A stretch of 64,000 nucleotides of DNA, from positions 27,778,001-27,842,000 of the forward strand of contig NC_086109.1 of NCBI RefSeq assembly GCF_963921235.1. The letters are read 5' to 3'. Source of the stretch: Mobula hypostoma (taxonomy: Eukaryota). The notes under the pieces were generated by a model. It was not told where the DNA came from. It saw only the letters and a program-made list of their open reading frames with translations, and did not search any database. Within the stretch, counting starts at the first letter, position 1; each line of letters starts with the position of its first letter. The translations under genes were made by a program, and so were the position numbers. This document shows, one piece after another, positions 12,070 to 25,039 of this stretch.

Positions 12070-12640
12070 TGATTCTCCAGACATTTTATAAATGCTTTAT
12101 TGAATCAACATTAACCTACATCACAGCATGGTTCGGAGAATGAAGACTATCAGCCTCAGCCCACTCAGTAGAATTGTCAGAGTAAGTAGTAAAATCATTG
12201 GCCAGGAACAAGAATCACTCAACAGCATCCATAACAGATGGACAATAAAGAAGCTCAACAAACTGTAGAAGACATTACACATACACTTCACACATACTAC
12301 ACTCTCATACCATCTGGACGCTGCTACAGGTCCCTGCCCATCAGCACCTTAAGAGCCTTGTTCAATTTTGTGCCTTCCTCCATTCACCTCCTCAACACCC
12401 AAGTTTGAATATATAGTATGCTTAACACCTTTGACAGTAAGAACAATCAGCTTTCTTATATGTATTTATATTTTAAATCACATGCAATCATTCTTAGTAT
12501 TTATTATCTATTGGGAGCATTTTATATTGTGTTTAACTACATGTAGTGTAGTGCTGTGTATCTTACGTTCCATAATGTTGTCCTAACCTCTGCACAAACT
12601 AAGTTCCTCATGGAAAATAAAGTGAACTGAATTAAATGAA
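12070..12640 (+). mobile_element. Rex1/Babar-type LINE 3' fragment, old
   Basis: TFYKCFIESTLT..AWFG..PSGRCYRSL..FVPSSIHLLN remnants; AATAAA plus short-repeat tail. Confidence 0.7.
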
Positions 12641-13046
12641 TTTCTCCAAACTTTTCTCAGTGGCAAGCAACTATTTTAAATTAACTATTTTAATTGATGG
12701 CAGCCAGAGGTAAGAATTTGTCTCTTTCTTAAAAGTAAAGTTCTCTGCAATCTCTTTTCCTCTGAGTATAGCCACAGCATCTCAAGTCTCTTTGTGTTCT
12801 TATAAGTCGAGTATCACTGTGCTCACCACAGTTATTTCAATGAAATGCCATCCAAATGATGCACAAAACATCGATTAGGGAGCATTTAAAGCCATGATTA
12901 TATTCTCTAACTCTCTACGTGAATCATTACTGTTTCCACAAATGACTCGATTCAGACACAATGTAAACTGGTTGAACTTCTCATTAATAAATTAGACAAA
13001 GCATGAAATTAATGGAAGTAGTATGTAAATAAATTAATGGAAGTAG

Positions 13047-13418
13047 AAAAGAATCAATGCAGCATAGATGTGGTTCCTCTGAAGAATGTTATGCATATCA
13101 CATACGGACCGGATAACCAACGAAGAAATTCTTCAGAGAACAAAAACAAAACATACGTTACGTAAAAAAAATCAGAAAACAGCAATCAAAATTCTTTGGA
13201 CACATCATGCGAAGAGAGACATTAGAACATTTAGTTACAACTGGAAAGCTGGAAGGAAAAGGAGCAGAGGCAGACAGAGAATGAAAATGATAGATGGAAT
13301 AACATCATGGTTAGAAACAGGGGAGGCAACAACTACAATTCGGAGGGTCAGAGACCGTGATGGATGGAGAGACGTGATCGCCCACGCCAAACGGCAAGGC
13401 ACCTGAATGAATGATGAA
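13047..13418 (+). mobile_element. RTE-clade (BovB-like) LINE 3' end
   Basis: MWFLRRMLCISHTDRITNEEIL..FFGHIMRR..GKLEGKRSRGRQR..WRDVIAHAKRQGT*, (TGAA)n tail, 10-bp TSD AGTATGTAAA (13020-13029 / 13419-13428). Confidence 0.9.
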
Positions 13419-14584
13419 AGTATGTAAACCTGTGAATTAATCAAACTAGATTTGGAGCAGCTCATCACTAAATACTGAGGATAGGAATGAAAATAGGCAA
13501 ATATAGGCATATTTTAAGAATGACATACAACATTTAAAAATGAAACTGAAATGAGAATCAAAGAATGTTAGATTCAACATTTAGCACTCCTAACTTGCCC
13601 ATTGATCAATAGAGGTGAAAACGCAAAAAGACAATGCAAGTCACAATTAAACTGGAGAGCATTCTTGTCAGAACAAATGGTGACCCTGACAAACAAGGGA
13701 GACATTCAGCTGCTGGAGATAGTGCAGAAACGAGTTACATGATTGATTCCAAAAGAAAATCTTAGTTATGGTGAAAAAAAGCTATTAAGGTAAAGGGATA
13801 CAAAGCCACCCTCTGATCATTTGCAATACCACAGTTCTTAGTTTCTAACATTCAAATGCCAATTATACTTGACTCAAATATAAACGTGTAATATGTAGAG
13901 TCAGAAATATATTTATATGCTTCAGTGAGAAGAGTCCCTGTGGATCATAAAAGCCAATAATGACCAGCAAGCCTTTTTCCTGCCATAGATTCTAAGCAAC
14001 TTTGTAGTTCAGTGGTTCTTAAAACATCAGAATTATTGTGAAAATACTCTATGGCAAATGATAACACAGTCATTAAATGTTTCCATAGTAATTCTATACT
14101 TTGAGTTCTACTGTGCTATTTGGATGCTCTGAATATTATTTCAATATTAGTGCCTCTCAAGTAGGATTTGATTTGAATCTACTCAGCCTTTAAGACTAGC
14201 TGTAGATTAATGATACAATGAACTGCCATTTATATGAATGTAAACCTGTCAGTGTGGTCTGTGATGGTCTTGGCAAAAAGCACAAAACATTTTCCCAACA
14301 AAAGCTAAGTTGTGAGTTCAGGGTAAGAAAGGACTTGTTAATGAAGCAAAAAAAATGAAACACAAGCCATCATAGGGTTGGATAACTGCTTGGAGCAGGA
14401 TGCCTAGTAACTACTCTCACACTGTTGATTTATCATAAGGTCCAAAAGCTACAATGTAACATCTGAACAAATAGTGACAATTGCTGCAAGAGTAGGGCAA
14501 GTATTAGTTCTAAAATCTGTTGTTCGAGATAACTAAAATTGTAGCTACGTAGGTCAATAGACGATTTAAACCTAGACGAATCAG

Positions 14585-15280
14585 TAAGGAGGTACAGGAG
14601 TCTGAAAACACACGTTCAACAATTCAGGAACAACTTCTCCTCTGCCATCAGATTTCTGAATGAACATTGAACCCATGAGCAGTACCTCACTATTTCTTTT
14701 AATTTTTTTTATCTGTGCACGAACTTATTTATTATACACACCCAAACACACACTTAGACATACACATATACACACACACATACACCATATACTGTAATTG
14801 AGAACATCTACCATAAACGCCGCCTGGGCAGGGCGAAAAGCATTATCAGGGATGCATCTCACCCTAACCATAGACTTTTTTCTCTCCTCCCATCCGGTAG
14901 GCGCTACAGGAGCCTCCGCTCCCGCACCAGCAGGCACAGGAAGAGCTTCTTCCCCGAGGCTGTGACACTGCTGAACCTCTCATCACAGCGCTACGCAGTA
15001 TTGCATCCATATTATACTGTCTCAGTACTTTTATATTTGTGTGCTGTAGCACTTTTTTTATTGGCAGTTATTTTGTAAATAACACTATTCTTTGCATTTC
15101 TGGTCAGACGCTAAATGCATTTCATTGGCTTTGTATCTGTACTCGGCACAATGACAATAAAGTTGAATCTAATCTAATACATATCTTTTTTTCTCTATTA
15201 TGTATTGCAATGTACTGCTGTGGTAAAAATGGCAAATTTCACAACATGTGCTGGTGATATTAAACCTGATTCTGATTATG
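14585..15280 (+). mobile_element. Nested Rex1/Babar-type 3' ends (younger copy at about 14799-15177 inside an older 3' UTR)
   Basis: The younger copy is nearly identical to 17730-18110; (AATCT)n tail. Confidence 0.8.
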
Positions 15281-15324
15281 CGTGACAAACAACAGCTGCA
15301 GAATGCTTACCCACCATTCTCTTG

Positions 15325-15560
15325 AGTCATGGAGTCAGAGAACTACAGCACAGGAACAAGCCCTATACCCCATTTCACCTGTGCCCATCAGTTACTCTAC
15401 CTAGTCCCATTGACCCACACTTGTAACATGGCCCTCAATTCACTCCCATCCACGAACGTATCCAAGCTTCCCTTAAATGTTGCAATTGAACCCACATCCA
15501 CTGGCAGCCTACTTCACACTCACACTACCCTCTGAACGAAGAAGTTCCCTCTCAGGGTGA
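15325..15560 (-). mobile_element. CR1 3' end
   Basis: Reverse-complement CR1 tail (..cttcacactcacactaccctctg..gaagttccctctcagg). Confidence 0.65.
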
Positions 15561-17165
15561 CTATGTGTTTGCTCAGTCAGTTGCACTTCAAACAAGGAGA
15601 GATATTAGAATGTACGATTAACCATTTATCTACAGGCAATTTAGATTTTTCATGAAGATGAGATTGCCTACTCTGCCCCTGTCAAATTAACAGCTATTGA
15701 ATTAGTCCTCTCCCCTGCCCATTTCCGTCACAAATCTCTCCCCTTGAATTATCTGTGCAATTCTCTTTTGAAAGTTTTTTTTAATCCAATCTGCTTCAGC
15801 AAGATACCACTTCAAATTACAACTCTGAGTAATTAGATTCCCTCATATCATCCGTGGCTCATTTGCCAATTAATTTAAAATTATGTCATCACTTCCACAA
15901 TGCAGATGGGGTTCCTCCATCAAAAAAACATTCACCACTTTTAATGCCTATATTAAATAGTCCTAAGAATTTCTATTTCTGAGGAGAACCACCTCAGTTT
16001 GTTTTTCTCTCCCCGCATTCCTGTAGTCCCTGATTAAATCCCTGTACCCTCTTCAAAACCTTGCTAACCTTTCTAAGGTGTCATGTGATTCTCATTTCAT
16101 ACATTGTTTTCAAGTGCAAATGTTTTCACTTATAAAAGGGCACACCTAAATGGGCAAATTTGGAATGGAAGCATACTAACATGAAAATAGCAACATGTCT
16201 GTTGTACATTATTCTTGCTTAAGTGATATTTTAGTGATGCAAATATGACTGGCAAACTTCCAAATTAGTGGTAGTGAAAGATTTTCTTCTGCAATTGTCC
16301 CCAAATTCTAAATGCATCCACATAGATACAAGGTTTGCAAACTGGGGCATGCACCCCTCAGGTGGCGCTGAGATGGCTTTGGATAATTTTATTCAATGCG
16401 TATAAATTGACAGGAGAACAGCAGGGAGTGGAGGCTTCAGCGAAAACAAGTACCTCTCACGTGGAGGGGGGGGGAAGCACTAAAGAATAGTTTGGGAAGC
16501 TCTGTCACTCTCAATGTCCTTCGATTCTATTTCCTTTAACAAATCCATAGTTAAGATTTTTTTTAAATCTTCTGATGCAAATGCTTTCAGAATTCTTATA
16601 AATGCTTTCCCTGTGAATATAAATGGCATTTAGAAAAGCAAGTTTAAAATTTTCTAGAGGCAAGACTGAAGGAGTTTCTTTCTAATGAGACCTGTAATAA
16701 ATACATAATTACAAGTTTCCCTCATGTTCATATGTACTGTGTCCATAAATCAGGCGTTCATAATCTTGGAGGGCCCTATACTGTACATATCAGACAAAAA
16801 TTAATACCAAGATTAGTTCCTATATTTGTCTTTTTCCCAAAAAGGTTTATGCAAGTTCAGACAAATGGTGATAACATCTCCAGCTCCTTTTCTCCTTTTG
16901 CTTGGCAGTTGTCTGATCCTCCACACCTATAATGTCCCAAAACTAAAGAATTTATGCAAAGACATCAGAAAATGTTTTTGCAACTTTTTCTTAAGAATAG
17001 ATTCTGTTTAATATTTTGTTGAGTCTCTTCCTCCCACAATTACAAACAGGTTACTAGCCTAGATCATGCGAGGGTTCAAAACTGAAATAACTTTTGGAAT
17101 TTTGTGTATACATGCCTGAGATAATTAAAATATTTAAAACAGTTTTAACATCTGTGGTAAGGAAG

Positions 17166-18120
17166 GCCTCAAGGCTGTGTGCTGAGCCCTCTTCTGTACT
17201 CCCTTTTCACCTATGACTGCATTCCTGTACATGGTTCTAACTCCATAATCAAGTTCAGACGATACCACAGTGGTTGGCCTGATCAGAGGGGATGACAAGG
17301 TGGCCTACAGGGATGAGGTTCAGCACCTGGCTGTGTGGTGTGCCGACAACAACCTGGTCCTTAAAACCCAGAAGACCAAGGAGGTTATTGTGGACTTCAG
17401 GCATGCTAGGAGCCACTCAATGGAGCTGTAGTGGAGTGTGTATCAAGCTTCAAATTCCTTGGTGCCCACATTTCCAATGATCTCACCTGGTCCCTGAGCT
17501 CCTCCATCCTGATCAAAAAGGCTCCTGAGCGCCTTTAATTCCTGTGGAGCATCAAGAAAGCTCACCTCTGTCCCAGGATGCTGATGGACTTTTACCGCTG
17601 TACCATTGAGAGCATACTCACTAATTGCATCTCAGTGTGGTATGGCAATTCTCCCGTATCAGACTGCAAAGCACTCCAGCGTGCGGTGAAAACTGCCCAG
17701 CAGATTATCGGCACCCAATTGCCCACCATGGAGAACATCTACCATAAACACTGCCTGGGCAGGGCAAAAAGCATTATCAAGGATGCATCTCACCCTAACC
17801 ATGGACTTTTTACTCTCCTCCCATCTGGTAGGCGCTACAGGAGCCTCTGCTCCCACACCAGCAGGCTCAGGAAGAGCTTCTTCCCCGAGGCTGTGACCCT
17901 GCTGAACCTCACATCACAGCGCTAAGCAGTATTGCACCCATATTGTACTGTCTCAGTACTTTTATATTTGTGTGCTGTAGCACTTACTTTTTATTTGCAG
18001 TTATTTTGTAAATAACACTATTCTTTGCATTTCTGGTCAGATGCTAACTGCATTTCATTGGCTTTGTATTTGTACTCGGCACAATGACAATAAAGTTGAA
18101 TCTAATCTAATTTAATCTAA
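17166..18120 (+). mobile_element. Rex1/Babar-type LINE 3' ~950 bp (RT core to tail)
   Basis: PQGCVLSPLLYSLFTYDC..DDTTVVGLI..FYRCTIESILTNCISVWYG..LPSGRRYRSL..SFFPEAVTLLN; (AATCT)n tail. Confidence 0.9.
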
Positions 18121-18875
18121 AATGCATTGTTGGCATTCACTTCGAGAGGAGTAGAATATAAAAACAATTATGTAATGCTGATCCTTGGTACGCGGCTTTG
18201 TCCAGACCACGCTTGAAGTATTATGAGCAGCTTTGTGCTTCTGATCCAAAAATGAATGTGCCAGTATTTGCGAGGGTTCAAAAGAGGTTCATGAGAATTA
18301 TCCTGGGAAGGAAAGGATTGATATGTGCAGAGGGTTTGATGGCTTTGGGCCTATACTCTCTAGAGTTTAGAAAAAGTGAGGGGGGGCAATCTCAATGAAA
18401 ATGAAACCTGTCAAATATTGAAAGGCTTAGATAGAGTGGAGGTGAAGAGGATATTTTTCTGTCATGGGTTTGTGATAGTATAGGATCAGAGGACAAAAAC
18501 TCAGAATTAAAGGGCGTCCCTTTAGAGCAGAGATGAGGTGGAATTTCTTTTGCCAGAGGGTGGTGAATATGTAGACTCCATTGCCAAAGACGGCTGTGGA
18601 GGCCAAGTCAATGGGTATATTTAAAGCAGAGGTTGATAAGTTATTGATTAGTCAGGGTGTCAAAGATTTTGGGGAGAAGGCAGGAGAACGGGGTTGAGAG
18701 GGATAATAAACCAAGGGTTCCCAACCATTTTTTTTGGACTCCTACATTTAACCGAAGGATCGGTGGACCCCAGGTTGAGAACGCCTGGAATAAATCATCC
18801 ATGATAGAACGGCGGAGCAGACTTGATAGGCCAGAAAGCCTAATTCTGCTCCCCATGTCTTGGGGTCTACGATTT
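18121..18875 (+). mobile_element. CR1 3' fragment
   Basis: RPRLKYYEQ..RVQKRFMRII..LMALGLYSLEFR; CR1 tail. Confidence 0.85.
18712..18787. mobile_element. hAT-type MITE (76 bp) inside the CR1 tail
   Basis: TIRs CAAGGGTTCCCAACC / GGTTGAGAACGCCTG; degenerate 8-bp TSD TAATAAAC / GAATAAAT. Confidence 0.75.
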
Positions 18876-19659
18876 TTAAAATCTTTTTTTTTACCTTTTG
18901 AATTCTTTGAATCTTTTTGGGTGCCTCTGGATTTTTTTTTGTTTGAACGTCTTGAAAAGATTGAACAATTTCAGCTAAGTCCTGGGAATATGACAAAGCC
19001 CGAGGTAATATCTTTCTGATTGGTGGGCATACCAGATTTCGGCTACCCTCTTTGGGCTGCAGAAGTGAGTAATGCTAAACACATGACTCTGCAATATAAA
19101 CAAATTATACAGAATCTTTACAAGAAAGAAACACAATTGAAACAAAATTACATCCAAGGTGTCACCAGATAGGCAACGCTCTGCCAGCAGCTAGCAGCAA
19201 CAGTTTCATTTTTAATCAAAATGAACACCGTTAGCTCATTAACAACCACAATATTTAGACCAGTCTTTTATCAGAAATACTCAAAAGGTTAGGCGACATC
19301 TATGTGTAGACAGAAATAGAATCAATGACCCTTCATCACAACTGGAAAAGAGAGTTGCTGTAGACATGGTGAGGATGTTTAGATATGACATAGGAAATAT
19401 ATACTGTTCAGGTGCAAAGGAGGAATTTACCACAAAAATTTTGTGCAAGTTACTGAAATGGTTTGGATAGTCTTTTAATAACTTAAATGATAGCTGCATT
19501 GAAAATGCTAGAGGCTACAGAAACATATTCCCAGTGAAGTGGAATGCATGTCACGTATTGGGACTGCATGCCTGAACATCTCTGCTCAGGACAAACATGT
19601 CGGGCTCACAGATAAGTTTCTGTGGGAGACAGAATTTGAAGGCGCCTAAGAAAGAGTGT

Positions 19660-20240
19660 TTAAAGCCTCTCCGTTCCATCCGCCAAAAGCAGAACTTCCT
19701 AGTGGCTAAATATTTTAAATCTGATTCCCATTCCGACATGCAAGTCCATGGCCTCTTCCTGTGCCACGATGAGGCCATCATTAGAGTGGAGGAGCAACAC
19801 CTCATATTCTGTCTGGGTAGCCTCCAACCTGATGGTGTGAATATTGACTTCTCCTAGTTTAAAAAAAATCCCTTCTTCTCCACTCTTCTTCTATTCTCCA
19901 CTCTGGCCCCTAACCTTTGCCTATCACCTCTTCCGGTTTCGCTTCTCCTCCCCTTTCTTGGATGGTCCACTCACCTCTCCTAAAGATTCCTTCCTCTTCC
20001 ACCCTTTACCACTCCTACCCACCAGGCCTTACCTGTCGCAATCTAGCTACCCTCCTTCCCCTCCCCCCACCTTCTTATTCTGTCATCTTCCCCCTTCCTT
20101 TCCAGCCCTGATGAAGGGTCACGGCCTGAAACATCGACTGTCTATTCATTTCCATAGAGGGTGAATGACCTGCTGAGTTCCTCCAGTGTTTTGTGTGTTT
20201 TGCTTCAGATTTCTAGCATCTGCAGAATTTCTTGTGTTTA
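19660..20240 (+). mobile_element. Penelope-like element 3' end with hammerhead
   Basis: HSDMQVHGLFLCHDEAIIRVEEQHLIFCLGSLQPDGVNIDFS*; cagcc-CTGATGA-a-gggtcacggcct-GAAAcaTC-gactg at 20103-20140. Confidence 0.88.
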
Positions 20241-20269
20241 AAGACCTCTATGACGCATTCAACTCATGG

Positions 20270-20830
20270 TCTACATGACAGTAATGATCCCGTCCTCCTG
20301 TATGCTTCAGAGACATGGACTACTTAGAGCAAGGATCTCTAAGTACAGGAGAGGTACCACTAATGTTATCCCAGCAAAATTCTCCAAATCCACTTGCAGC
20401 GTTTGTGGCCATCACCAGTACCCCCTTATAAACCACAACCTCAGGCACACTAACCACATTCAACCAGTGCCAAAGTGTAGTCCAAAACATTAGAGTGGCT
20501 AAATCAGGCAGCCAACTCTGAACTTCATTACAGCTAGAAATTCCCAAGTGAACAGAAAAAATGTCAAGGATAATAAGCACCAGGAAAATATGAATTATCC
20601 TTATTGATTCATGAGTACCCCAAAACGATGAAGATTCAAATTGGACAAGGAGCTTGATAGAAGGCACAGAATACTTGAAGCTACTTTTTTTCCCCCAACA
20701 GGAGAACGAGATGACCAAGCATAATTAGCGACAGGAGAGCAGAACCCTACCTACCTACACCATCACACATCTCCTGCCTCGGGAGTCTGCAGACTGAGCA
20801 TTGGCCATACTGACTACCTCAGAACCAACA
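20270..20830 (+). mobile_element. Old RTE LINE 3' fragment
   Basis: LLYASETWTT-type motif near 20295 and a decayed C-terminal Cys/His region near 20770-20810. Confidence 0.55.
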
Positions 20831-21264
20831 GAACTTGAGTCAAACATGTCACCTTTGACCCCAATAAGTTGGCCAAGGAGAATATTTTTCAGAAAAAGAG
20901 AAATCCACCAAAGTGCCATTTGCAGAGGTTATAATTCATTGCAAAGAAAATCAGAACTTCAAAAACAAACATGTTTGAAAGGTAAGCATATTCTAATAAA
21001 TATGCCTGGTCTTACAGGTGTCATGTCACATCTTTTTAGAAGGTCTGACAATGACCTCCAAATTGTTACAAAGCTTACAGAAGATTACAAATAGTCAATT
21101 CTCTCTGAAATTACTGGAAGTGTAACAAGATTAAAAATAAAGCAAGAAACCACCAAAGCAGCAATCAACATTGTAGTTATAATTACAACTGCTAGTCACC
21201 TAAGTACCAGATACTGAACTAATCAAGTAAATCTTTCATATAATTAAAAATATTAAAGGAAGGC

Positions 21265-21540
21265 CATCACAGCTTTATTTGTCACACGTACATCGATGCA
21301 CACAGTGAAACGTGTCGGGTACTTACTGGGAGCAGCCCACACATGTCGCCATGCTTTCAGTGGCAACACAGCATGGTCACACTTAGTAACCTTAACCCGG
21401 ACGTCTTTGAAATGTGGGGGGAGGCATCGGGAGAAAACTAACATATTCACGGGAGAACGTACAAGTTCCTTACAGACAGCAGTGGGAATTGAACCCCAAA
21501 CTTACAGCTGGAGCGGCTTAAAACTAACTGCTACCACGTG
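21265..21540 (-). mobile_element. V-SINE-type tRNA-derived SINE with LINE-like tail
   Basis: acgtctttgaaatgtgggg..cacgggagaacgtacaa..ccttacagacagc..gggaattgaaccc (B box GGGTTCAATTCCC on the minus strand). Confidence 0.7.
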
Positions 21541-21650
21541 ATGATTCAAAGATTAACATTTTACCTCTGTAATAGCTGGGTGTGCAAAGCAAGAAGCAGT
21601 ATTTAGAATAAAAAAAGAAAAACAAAGAAATTCTGAAACATTAAACTCAC

Positions 21651-21713
21651 CGAAGAAATAGATGGATTTTATGTAAGAACTCTTCCTAAAATGCTTCCTC
21701 CAGGAAGTTATGT
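21651..21713 (-). CDS. Weak candidate exon (63 nt, ITSWRKHFRKSSYIKSIYFF)
   Basis: Minus-strand acceptor ttaactctaattccAG and donor GTGAGT, one open frame, unique context. Its phase is not directly compatible with the 2203-2282 candidate. Confidence 0.2.
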
Positions 21714-23095
21714 CTGGAATTAGAGTTAAATATCTTATTTTTGCCTGGATATTGGAACTCCAGCCATTTATGACATTATGCATTGGGATGGGAGTGTGTA
21801 AGAGGGAGATAGCAAGAATACCTTTCACCCAGCTTTTGTAAACCTACAGCTCACTGTGGCAAGATGGCAGAGAAAGATTTGCTAGCTCCAATGAAGAAAT
21901 TCTGTACGCTTGAAAAATACATCACAAGAATGAAATTTCAGCTGATTCTTTTTGATGGCCACCATCCAGAACACACTGCAATTCAAGCAAAGAATCACTT
22001 GTGATAGTTGCGATAGGCAGACATCGTTTCAAATTTTCCATCAGGCTTAAGCTGTTTAAGGTGAGGATAACTGTTACTTGGCAGGCAAACTTTATTATTC
22101 AAGGAAAACTGTGTTCATGGTGAGATCAGTGGAAGATCTAATAAGGTGCATTGATGCCGATCTTGGAAAATGCAGTCAAAGTCGTCAACTGGACCTTGCG
22201 AAGATACAATATTAACTGAAAAAGCTGGAAATACTCAGGAGGCCAGTCAGGATCTGAGGTGAGATAAAAAGAATTAAGGTTTCATACTGATCAAAATCTG
22301 ACCTGAATAATTAATTACTTCTCTATTAACAGTTCTTTTCTGACTTAAGGAACGTTTCATGTGATTACCAGCAGGCAGGCAGTGCAACACACTGGTGGAT
22401 AGCAGGTTATAGACAGATGCTTGATAGAGAGCTACTAAGGATGCTAATTAGTTTGGTTAACTACTTCGTATATAAAGTACAATTGTTGATAGTTTTAGTT
22501 AATCTTTCCAGTATCCTACAGAGTGATTAAGAAATATAGAAAACATCACTGCTCGGTATCACTTGTTCATTGTAGACACGGTAATTACTTTTTCAGAATT
22601 TATGTAAAAAAATAACATTCAACAAAATAAAGATCTTCCCCATGTGATTTTAAGATAACAAAAATTCACAGACTTTTAAAATTACATCAATAAATACATT
22701 AAAGGAACAATTATAACACAGGGATGCCAAAAGCAGAAAAGGACAGTATTGTTAATTGTGAAAATAAGCTGAAAGGTAAAGAATTACTTTATTATCAAAT
22801 AAGATAGCAACTTGATTGAGGAATGCAGTCAGATGCAGTAAATCTCAGAGCACAATCAGGACAGAATTTGAATAAAGTGGCTTTACTACTGAGAATACAC
22901 TTCTGTAATCAGTGGCAAACATAGCTTTTCATCACTTCATTGCAGAGCATATTAGATTACTTTCACCAAATTCATTGGGAAAAAAACCACAAGGGAGATG
23001 AGTGCAAGAAAAGATCATTTCTTCTGTGAAGGTGCGGTCTTCTTCCACAACACAGGATAAAATTGCTAGTTTCCAGGAAGCAAAATAAATTTCAA

Positions 23096-24518
23096 GTCCC
23101 TCAAATTTACCTGGTCCATTTCCAATACCTCCCTCCCCTTTCTTGATCTTTTTGTCTTTATCTCTGGAGACAGCTTATCTACTGATGTCTACTATAAGCC
23201 CACAGACTCACACAGCTACCTGGACTATTCCTTTTCCCACCATGTCACTTGCAAAAATGCCATCCCCTTCTCGCAATTCTGCCATCTCTGCCGCATCTGT
23301 TCTCAGGATGAGGCTTTTCATTCCAGGATGAAGGAGGTGTCTTCTTTTTTTAAAGAAAGGGGCTTCCCTTCCTCCACCATCAACTCTGCCCTCAAATGCA
23401 ACTCTCCCATTTCACACACATCTGCTCTCACGCCATCCTCCCGCCACCCCACTAGGGATAGTATTCCCTTTGTCCTCACCTACCACCCCACCAGCCTCCG
23501 GATCCAACATACAATTTTCCATAACTTCCGCCACCTCCAACGGGATCCCGCCACCAAGCACATCTTTCTCTCCCCCCAAATTTCTGCTTTCCACAGGGAT
23601 CACTCCCTACGTGACTCCCTTGTCCATTCGACCCCCCATCTCTTCCTACCAATCTACCCCCTGGCACTTATCCTTGTAAGCGGAACAAGTGCTACACCTG
23701 CCCTTACAGTTCCTCCCTCACCACTATTCAGGGCCCCAGACAGTCCTTCCAGGTGAGGCGACACTTCACCTGTCAGTCGGCTGGGGTGATATATTGCATC
23801 CGGTGCTCTCGGTGCAGGCTTCTGTATATTGGTGAGACTCGAAGCAGACTGGGAGACCATTTCGCTGAACACCTACACTCTGTCCACCCCAGAAAGCAGG
23901 ATCTCCCGGTGGCCACCCATTTTAATTCCATGTCCCATTCCCATTCTGATATGTCTATCCATGGCCTCCTCTACTGTCAAGATGAAGCCACACTCAGGTT
24001 GGAAGAACAACACCATATATTCCGTCTGAGTAACCTCCAACCTGATGACATGAACATTATTTTCTCTAATTTCCGTTAATGCCCCTGCTCCCCTTCCTAT
24101 CTCATTCCTTATTTATTTATCCCTTTTTTCCCTCTCTCTTTTTTCTCTCTCTGTCCCTCTCACAACAACTCCTTCCCTTCTCTCCATCTTCCTCTGGTGC
24201 CCCCCTCCCCCTTTCTTTCTCCTCAGGCCTCCCATCCCATGATACTCCCCCTTCTCCAGCCTTGTATCCCTTTTGGCAATCAACTTTCCAGCTCTCAGCT
24301 TCATCCCTCCCCCTCCCATCTTCTCCTATCATTTTGGATATCCCCCTCCCCCTTTCAAATCTCTTACTATCTCTTCTTTCAGTTAGCCCTGACAAAGGGT
24401 CTCAGCCCGAAACGTCAACTGTACTTCTTCCAATAGATGCTGCCTGGCCTGCTGCGTACCACCAGCATTTTGTGTGTGTTGCTTGAATTTCCAGCATCTG
24501 CAGATTTTCTCATGTTTG
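23096..24518 (+). mobile_element. Penelope-like element (Neptune-like): RT C-terminal part, Cys-rich linker, GIY-YIG endonuclease, 3' terminus
   Basis: LKFTWSISNTSLPFLDL..YYKPTDSHSYLDY; PFVLTYHP; PCKRNKCYTC; GVIYCIRCSRCRLLYIGETRSRLGDHFAEH..LRLEEQHHIFRL..QPDDMNI (stop 24077-24079); few frameshifts. Confidence 0.95.
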
Positions 24519-24519
24519 C

Positions 24520-24880
24520 GAAATTTCCTCTGTTCCCCACTCTGACCTTTCACTTCTTCTCACCTGCTTATTCCTTCCCCTTGGGTTCCCCTCCTCTTCC
24601 CCTTTCTTCCCATGGTCCACTCTGCTCTTCTGTCAGATTCTTTCTTCTCCAGCCCTTGACCTTTCCCACCGACCTGGCTTCACCTATCATCTTCCAGCTA
24701 CCCTCCTTCCCCTCCTCCCACCTTGTCATTCAGGCATCTTCTCCCTTCCTTCTCAGTCCTGAAGAAGGGTCTTGGCCCAAACCATCGCTCTTCATTCTTT
24801 TCCATAGATACTGCCTGACCTGCTGAGTTCCTCCAGTACTCTGTGTGTGTTGCTCTGGATTTACAGCATCTGCAGACATC
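24520..24880 (+). mobile_element. Second Penelope 3' terminus (different subfamily) in tandem
   Basis: Pyrimidine-rich body, cagtc-CTGAAGA-a-gggtcttggccc, tail ctgcctgacctgctgagttcctccag. Confidence 0.85.
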
Positions 24881-24914
24881 ATGTACACCTTGCTAATTTT
24901 TTATGTGCCTTCAT

Positions 24915-25039
24915 GAGGAACTCTGCAGATGCTGGAAATTCGTCTGGACGAAGGGTCCCGGCCCAAAACGTCGACTGTACCTCTTCCTATAGATGCTGCC
25001 TGGCCTGCTGTGTTCCACCAGCATTTTTGTGTGTGTTGC
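24915..25039 (+). mobile_element. 125-bp Penelope-terminus insertion with 5' inverted segment and 16-bp TSD
   Basis: TSD TTTTATGTGCCTTCAT at 24899-24914 and 25040-25055; begins with the reverse complement of the family's 3'-terminal segment. Confidence 0.85.

Noticed and set aside
16329..16503. Possible hAT MITE (also 43870-43955)
   Set aside because: The terminal repeats are too decayed and no TSD is visible, so I do not list it as a feature.
24079..24826. Pro/Ser/Leu-rich and antisense Gly/Arg/Glu-rich ORFs
   Set aside because: Artefacts of the pyrimidine-rich Penelope termini.
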